A program made the translations under genes and the position numbers. This document shows, piece by piece, positions 56,311 through 64,000 of a DNA stretch of 64,000 bases. Every line of letters begins with the position of its first letter. The stretch's first letter is position 1. The notes under the pieces are model-generated. The model worked only from the letters and a program-made list of their open reading frames with translations, searched no databases and had not been told where the DNA came from. The DNA lies in NCBI GenBank assembly GCA_010093705.1, contig MU006102.1:4123-68122 (forward strand), in the 5' to 3' direction. This DNA comes from Patellaria atrata CBS 101060 (taxonomy: Eukaryota).

Positions 56311-57908
56311 GGGAGTACTGTTCCCGTCATAAAGATGGGGCGTAATCGGCATCTCTAAGGTACCATTCACTTCGGCTCGTCCTAGAAATATAGGTACCTT
56401 GTTACATTCAACCGATATTTGCATGTGAGATTCTAAATTTCATCGGCCAAGTATCGCCGCCGGAATATGATGGCTAAGAAGCAGAGCAATGCTGCTGTCT
56501 GAACCCCGAACAGGAAGAATGTTGAAAAGTCCAGTTGCCAAAAAAACGGACTACGTGGAAAAAGGTAGTTCAGTTGGCCATGCCAGAAGATAGCTAGAAC
56601 TACATCTCAGTCCTCTCCAGCCTGACCAATTCAGCACTTCCCCCCTCTATAAGATACTGAGGTGTACTTTAGACAGGGGTTTTGAGTCTAGTAATATAGA
56701 AAGCACGTCCAAGGACCTCCCTTGGTACGGAGTATTCGGTCACCTCACCCTTGGACCTTGGGGGGTGATGTTCGCTGAGTCCTTTGTTTGGGCCGGGGTC
56801 TTTTTGACAGGCTACAAGTCGGGGTACCTCTTTCCCTTTCCAATAACGATCACATTCATCTCGCCTTCTACACTGGGAACCGGAAGTGCCGATCATGAGG
56901 GGAAGGGGCGTTTGTTGCATTACCCTTGAGGTGGCTTCTATTTCCGGAGATAAAATATCCTACCTTACCTTAATCACTTCCCAGCGTTGCACCAGGACCA
57001 GCCATCTAAGGTATGAAAAGAGAGAAAATAGAACTGGTGAGATATCAGTGACTTTACATTCCTTTCATCAGATGGAGGAGAGGAAAATTGATTTCTTTTT
57101 TAGACTGGAGCTACGCGAGCAGTCTGTGCGCTCTAGTTCTATCTCCTTAGTTCTACTTTTGCCTCGTCTTCCAGTTTCTTTACCACTTGATCATAGACTT
57201 TGCTACCAATAATCAGTTGGTCTTGATGAATATTAAATGTGCAAGATGTGTTTTCTGCGGAAGGCGATTCTCTATTGGTTTTCATCATGAATTTAGCAGA
57301 ACTAGTTAATAACTAGATGCTATTATTTTTTCTTTACCGACATCGCCACCTCCTTGTCGGCTATCGTCCAGACTTCGTTTCATCACAACAACCAATAGCA
57401 TCATTAAAACCGACTTCAGATTCCCTGTGCTTTCTAAGGTTATCCAACCCCTGAAAGTTTAGAAAGACGTTGCATCAGGATGATCGACCCCACAGCTTGC
57501 AGTTGGCTGCTGTCCTGGCTTCAATCTACCTCTCATCGCATGAACGTGCTATTTGACGCTGCCACATGCTTTTAGCAGCTGATAGGCACCACCATGGAAG
57601 ACATTCAGTGGACCATGTCAAGGTAAACGGTTGGGCCAGTTAGAGAGGGTGTTTCGTGAAGGTATAGATAGATCGAAGGAAAGAGAGTAGGACTTAAAAG
57701 TCCCCATTCCTCTAACATGTCTGTTTTGATTTGGTCATTCATGCGCTTCAATAATTCACTGTTACGTTTGGAGTAGCCTTTTAGAGTCTTTTTACTTTTG
57801 TGATCATACAGTTGTCGATAGTGTATATTCCATATTTTTCGGAATCTTAAACTAAACTCTTGTATCTCCCGGGCCTTTGTTGTATTGATTCCCGGTACTG
57901 TACAAACT

Positions 57909-59473
57909 ATGGGGCTAGGTAAGCGTCTTTCACTATGATTCTTGAAGATATCACAATGTGCTAATGCAGAGAAATCTTAGGTGGATACCTTACATTACTC
58001 AATGCATCACCGTACGACTGGACCTTAACAAATGCACATCAATACCAGATGTCGGCCTGGTCGTGGCCACAAACTGTTTCCGCAGGTTCGTATACCTAGC
58101 CACATCAGATACGGTATGCAGATCTGACCTTGTCTAGGCACATCAACTGCAGTGTACGTAGAATGGGGTTCTAGAGGAAACAGACGCGATGATGCTGGAG
58201 AAGCATACTATACACTGAAAGGGACCCCGGATAAATTCACCGTTCGTGCAAGTAACAAAGATTTCATGGATATTTTTGTCACCCTCGACGGTATCGAGTC
58301 CCAGAACAACCCCAGGGGGAGCAAGATTGATATCGGCTTTGAGCACGACGGGCATAAAAACTTCCTACTTTCGGGTCCTGCGGGGGATTATGTCTCTAGC
58401 AATCCTCCAGTTGATTGGATGCAGCAAAATATTGGTACGCTCGGTAACCGTAAACTCCGACATATATGTATGCCCGGGAGCCACGATGCCGGGATGAGTA
58501 CTTTCGGGAAAGGAACTGCATTTGTTACTAGGCAAAACACGTTGACTCAAGTTCTAAATATATATGATCAACTCAAAGCAGGGTCAAGATACCTTGACAT
58601 CAGGCCAGTCATCAGTGGAGGACAGTTCTTCACCGGGCACTATTCCGAGTTTCAAGACACTTGGTTAGGGGTGAATGGACAATCCATAGCAGACATCATA
58701 AGTCAGATCAATAGGTGAGGACCTTCGGTTCGAGAGCTGTAATGTTGATGCATGACACTGACCTGCTAAGATTTACCAATGAATACAAGGAGTTGGTTAT
58801 ACTGGATCTATCTCATGCTATCAATACGGATCAAGATTACCGGAACTTCAATCAGGGGGAGTGGAATCGGCTCTTTGACCAACTTAAAGGACTTAACAAC
58901 CGCCTTGTTAATGCAGTGACAGATAATACCGATCTTACTCAATGGCCGCTGCACAACTTCATCGGTGGTAACAAAGCATCAGTGCTCATTGTCGCTGACA
59001 TGGCGGACGGTACCAATCCTGGAAATTACAAAAAGGATGGCATCTTCAACAGACCAAATTTTCCTGTGTTTAACAGTTACGCCGACTCGAACAATGCTGG
59101 AGACATGGCTTCCGATCAGTTACGCAAGCTTAAAGACAATCGCAATGTAGTGTCATCCGGAGGGAAAGACGGGTTCTTCCTTCTATCATGGACACTGACA
59201 CAGCAAGAAGCGGACGTTCTCAATCCCGTCATCTGGATCCTAGATTTTGCAGCGAGAGCATTTTCACCTCTGTTCTACCAAGCGTTTAATTCAATATCAC
59301 CGACCTCCTTCCCGAACGTCCTATTCATAGATCTCTTCGGGCTAGATGATAACCCCTATAATCGCCTAGATCCGGAAGCACCACCCCGTACCTACACTGT
59401 CAGCAGAGATGTTGCTGCTATGGCTATGGCTGTGAATCACATCGCAGGAAAGAATTCCTTCGTCACTGGCTAA
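57909..59473 (+). CDS. PLC-like phosphodiesterase (PI-PLC X-domain-like). Exons about 57909-57918, 57981-58085, 58138-58714, 58771-59473
   Basis: MPGSHDAGMS, QLKAGSRYLDIRP, GHYS, ELVILDLSH, LSWTLTQ, PNVLFID. Confidence 0.88.
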
Positions 59474-60012
59474 GATTTTCAATAAACCATGGAATACTAT
59501 TTTCTCCCCCGGCACAAACAGCACTCATCTGTCGCTATACGCTTCCTTACGGTAGCTTCGAGGGCGAACCTGCAAGCGCAGAATGTCGAGAGCCTTCCTG
59601 GATGTATAGATTTATGTGTTAGTACAGCCGTACGTTATCTGTACAATCCAGCTCGCTCTGTGCCGCTGACTCGGAAAGCTTTTCCAGGTGAACTGTACTG
59701 TACAGTAAGCCAGGGGATTGGACCAAGAGCCCTTCAGGACAGGGGATATAACTATATCTTTCGGTCACAATGACTTTTCTTGTATATATCTTGAGCCCTA
59801 TAGATACCCACAATGCGTTTACACCTTCAGTCTCAATATTCGAATCCTTGTTCCTCCACATTAAAGTCACATTGAGCAAACGCCAAGGCTACATTTCATT
59901 GGTTCCTTCTAGCCCATTTCATAACTTCCTCACTTCAGCTCTTCAGCTCTTCCACTTCTACCTTAGGTAGGTCCTCTGGGTAAGTCATAACAACAACAAC
60001 ATCTAAGCGAAT

Positions 60013-61125
60013 ATGAGGGACACACAGATTACAAAATTCTTCGGACCATATGATCGCAGAAGTGAGAATTCAGGGACAAACTTTCGAGAAGGACATCCAC
60101 ATAAGAAGCGCTTTAGAAGTAAACGTCAAATGGCACTTTCGGAAGTATGCAAAGAAACCTTAGAGATTCTTCCTGGCATCATCGAGCAATTACCCATCGA
60201 CTTTACAACCGCCTCAATACATAGTCTAAAAGGACTTGGGTCTCTAGATCCTAACAAATGCCCGAAATATTCGCCTGTTACCGTGGACTTAGTAGATACA
60301 GATTCGTATGATACTGCTGTAGCTTTGCAGGATTCGCTAAACGAACAGGTCCACGGAAAAGTTGCCGTTGCTAAGAGCCCGTCTAATTTACAACCGGTCA
60401 CAGTCCTTAATCTTGCCTCAGAAGTGAGAGCAGGTGGCGGCTAGCTCAATGGCTCCATGGCGCGGGAAGAGGAGCTTTGCTACCGCTCCTCGCTCTACCT
60501 CTCCTTAACCTCCGCGTCTCATTCTAATTATAAGGAAGATCTATCAGTAAATCAACCGGTGGATGAAGACAACAACGACCACCCCGAACCCTCAGCATCC
60601 ACCTTCGGCGCAAACTCCGCCGAAACCGCAACCCACAACCGCCGTCCCCGCAAACAAAACGGGTTCTTTCCCCTCCCGTCCATCTCCGCCATCTACTCTT
60701 CCGCAGTTCTCATCATCCGTTCCTCCCTCAGCACCAGCCACACGCTCCTCATCCCCCAGACATCTGCGTTCTCCTTCCCCACCGTCTCCGTCATTTCCGT
60801 CGCGGCCCTCCGTCTTGCCCCCATTTCCGCAACCGGCGGATTTGAGAACCCCGACGACCGCTCTGCTGCGAAAGCGAAGATGCGATTGATGCTTCGTGCC
60901 GGGGCGCACGAGGGTCATTCAAAGCTTGTCCTCGGGTCAATGGGCTGCAGAGCGTTTAGGAACCCTGGGAAGGAAGTGGCATTATGTTGGCGGGAGGTAC
61001 TGCTGGAGGAAGAGTTTGCTGGAAGCTGGTGGGAGGCACTGCTGTTTGCGGTCATGGATTCGAGACACCGTGATGGGGAGGTGGGAAATCATGGTATATT
61101 TGCGGAGGAGTTGGAGGGGTCGTGA
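60013..61125 (+). pseudogene. Microbial-type PARG / macrodomain (DUF2263, TIGR02452-like) gene with one in-frame TAG
   Basis: VLNLASEVRAGGG*LNGSMAREEELCYRSSL, VSVISVAA, KMRLML, LVLGSMGCRAFRNP. Both ORF halves share a frame; stop at 60442-60444. Confidence 0.8.
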
Positions 61126-63211
61126 TGAATAGGTAGCTGGACCTTAGAGTATACACCGGCAGAGGGCGTAGAAAGGGGAATGGGTCGTCGCGGAGTCCGG
61201 TCAAAGACCATCATCATTTAATCTCCTTGCATCCGTAGCAGTTGGTATCTTTCTTGGGAGTGGCAACTCTACTTCGATATTATCATGCATTGTTATGGGT
61301 AAAAATATCACTAAATAAGTCTCAGTGCATCGTGTCACCAGTGTAGTATTCACTTTTATAATAAGACACCAACTCTCCGGGGTGTTTCTGACTCAAACTT
61401 ACAAGAGAATCGAAAAAGTACGGAGTCTCCCCATAATACGGTATATTGGTCAGGAAGGTCTTAATGTTCGTTCCATCTTTGATTTATTTACCCTAAATAT
61501 TTCCACCTATTCTACCCTTCGCCACGGTGGTTGTCCATCAAGAACTTAACCGTTTATCAGTCAGACATTTGTAGCACAACATAACTAGAGGTCATTCTCA
61601 ATGACTACAAATTGTATATTACCGATCGGGTAGGCACATGCAATATTACTCTATACCGTACCATCATCTAATCAATACAGCCCCAGTCTCGGAAACGAGC
61701 AACCATACCAATCATCTCTCGGTGCTATCACTCTGCCTTAGATTCATATTGGGTTTTCTGGTTGCTACTATATAATAACGAGAGGACCGTAGCTAAGGGT
61801 GAGAAACTAGAGGGAAACGCCGACGTTACCTGGGAAGATATCTAAGACTCCGGTATGGTCACTACTATACACCCCCATATGTCTCTCTGATAAACACAAA
61901 TAGGGGCATGTGAGGGATGTAGGAGGTTGGAATTATTGAGAGATTTTCTCGGGTGTTGATGGATAATTTGTAGCATCCTAGCTCTTCTTCATTTCATGTT
62001 TTGCTCTTTGTTTGTCAAGATAGACTGGAATAAATCTTTAGTGGACAGTATCTTAACACAACATTGGTTTCTGAGGCGCGAGCTGTAGTCATATGAACTG
62101 CAAAACAGAAATGTGAAAGGGTTCGAAGAAGCACTGTGTTTTTAGCATTGCTGGGTTACTGTACGCTTGCTATACACTCACCTGCCGATACTTGACTTTA
62201 ACAGTGAACCAGAAAATATACAATCTACGTGCTCGCACGGCTCGCAGTCATTATACAATCCAGCCTTGATATAGCTTAACCAAAATGTCCCTCTGACGGA
62301 GGGCTAGAGCACAGCTCATCTAGTATATTCTATCCAGAGTTATTGAGAAGAGATAACTAAAGAATGTATAACGTTCAGGGGTAATTGGACGATAACGGTT
62401 TACACTCTTATTATGAAAATTCTAAAGCTGAGAAGTAAAGACACGACAAAATTTACACATATCCTTTGCCTTTGGGACTTTCGCCATGGATCCAATACTG
62501 GTCTAACAGGACGCAAATTTTAGCTTCAAATTACTAGAGCTATCTAAATTGTATTCGGAAGCATCGTTAAGGTGGATGTGGACAGCGAAATCATGACACG
62601 GATGGGACAGTCACTTCGTAAGGCTCCTTAAATGAGAAGTATAGCAAGGACCGAATGGCATTGAATGACACCAGTCCCCGATCAATCTTCAGTCTATTCT
62701 GTCCCGTTAGTGGGGTTTCGCGGGGGTCGATTAAAGAAGTCGACGTACAGTACAATTCAAAAGGGCTCATTATACCAACTTTGAGATTCACGTATCTGCC
62801 TTTATATACTCGTGCTCTTCTAGCATTATTCAATTCCCGTCAAGTAGTACATGAAGCTGGAGATGGGAGCTCGCGCTGTACGGATACGGTTCGGGGGTTG
62901 GAACAACAGTTTTCGGCTGACTAATCGAAATGATAATTCAGATGTTGACTACCTGGGCTTACCTTTAGAACATCCCCCAACTCAAAACCGTAAGAAGATC
63001 ATGACAATTTATCTGCAATTCGACCGCATTTGAATCTTTCATGTCTCTTCCTCCCAGACGCATCATCTTGTCCAGGACAATATCGCATAGCAAGCGCCCC
63101 CCGTGAACATTGAATGCGAACATGCATTGGCAGCTCCAATAACACCAACCTGAGCTCACTTCCCAGATCGTTCGCGCTCCTATCTCCTCATACGGCTACA
63201 GATCTATCAGT

Positions 63212-64000
63212 ATGCCTTCCCGGAACCAGGAATACGAGCTCGTCGCCCGGAATTCAAACGAATTCGATCGCCCCAGCGATGGTTTTACCGCGTACGAGCA
63301 ACACGGGGCTACAACTTTCCCGATCCTTTCCAGATGGAACAAATTTTGGCGGAAATCACCACACTCATACAAAGAATTGAATGCGTCGCCCTTCCGCCGC
63401 CGACGGGTTTATCGGAGGGTTTGCTCCTGCTTGGCTCTGCTCCCACTGCTGGCAGCTATTCTGGTTACTCTAACCATGATATTCCGTCCTTCTTATACAT
63501 ATCCACCGCAACATTTTACCGAACTACGCAGTCGATGTATGCAACTGAAAGAACCCGGTCGGGGTAATGTAAATAACGAGAAGATATTCATAGCAGCAAG
63601 TCTATATGAGAAAGAGGGATCTCTAGTTGAGGGAGCTTGGGGCAAGGCTCTGGAAAAGCTAGTAGAACTCATAGGTCCCGCAAATGTTTATGTTAGCATA
63701 TATGAAGATAATGCAGATGATATTACGGTAGCAGCACTGCGGTCTCTAGATGAGAGGCTACAATGTAAGCATATGGTCAATGTGTCTATACATATACCTT
63801 GTTAACTGATAAGGATAGGCAACTCTTCGATTGGGAGCGAGAAGCTATCATATAACGAACTACCTCATTTCAAACTGCCCAATGGCAAAGAACGGCTAAA
63901 ACGAATCACTTTCCTTGCAGAAGTACGAAATCGCGCTTTACGCCCACTTGATGAGAGTTCTCAATTACCCCATTTCGACAAGTTATTATACCTTAATGAT
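63212..64000 (+). CDS. Glycosyltransferase family 69 (Cmt1/CAP59-like mannosyltransferase), 5' part; intron about 63765-63819
   Basis: Type II TM helix, KIFIAASLY, GPANVYVSIYE, RITFLAEVRNRALRPL, FDKLLYLND. Confidence 0.88.

Overview
Intron-rich genomic DNA from a filamentous ascomycete (Pezizomycotina; GT..AG introns with CTAAC branch points, RIP-like decay). The species cannot be assigned from sequence alone. The first ~20 kb looks accessory. It holds an NB-ARC NLR-type gene missed by the ORF track, whose first exon encodes a putative amyloid-signalling motif, and a decayed Fot1/pogo transposon carrying two nested solo LTRs. It also holds a 4-exon secreted CVNH lectin gene, an intron-containing tRNA-Pro, a broken HET-domain gene, a PL20 lyase, a secreted EEP nuclease and an FAD-oxidoreductase pseudogene. 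From 21 to 48.5 kb the genes are mostly conserved: alpha-carbonic anhydrase, alpha/beta hydrolase, RING/low-complexity protein, CBM48 protein, CLC channel, ubiquitin-L40 with an intron-split ATG, and a THADA/Trm732 homolog. The last 15 kb holds a 59-aa membrane microprotein, a SesB-like/ankyrin/CorA-like fusion, a PLC-like phosphodiesterase, a PARG-like macrodomain gene with a TAG at a conserved Trp, and the 5' part of a GT69 gene. All calls come from manual translation and recalled family motifs; no searches were run.
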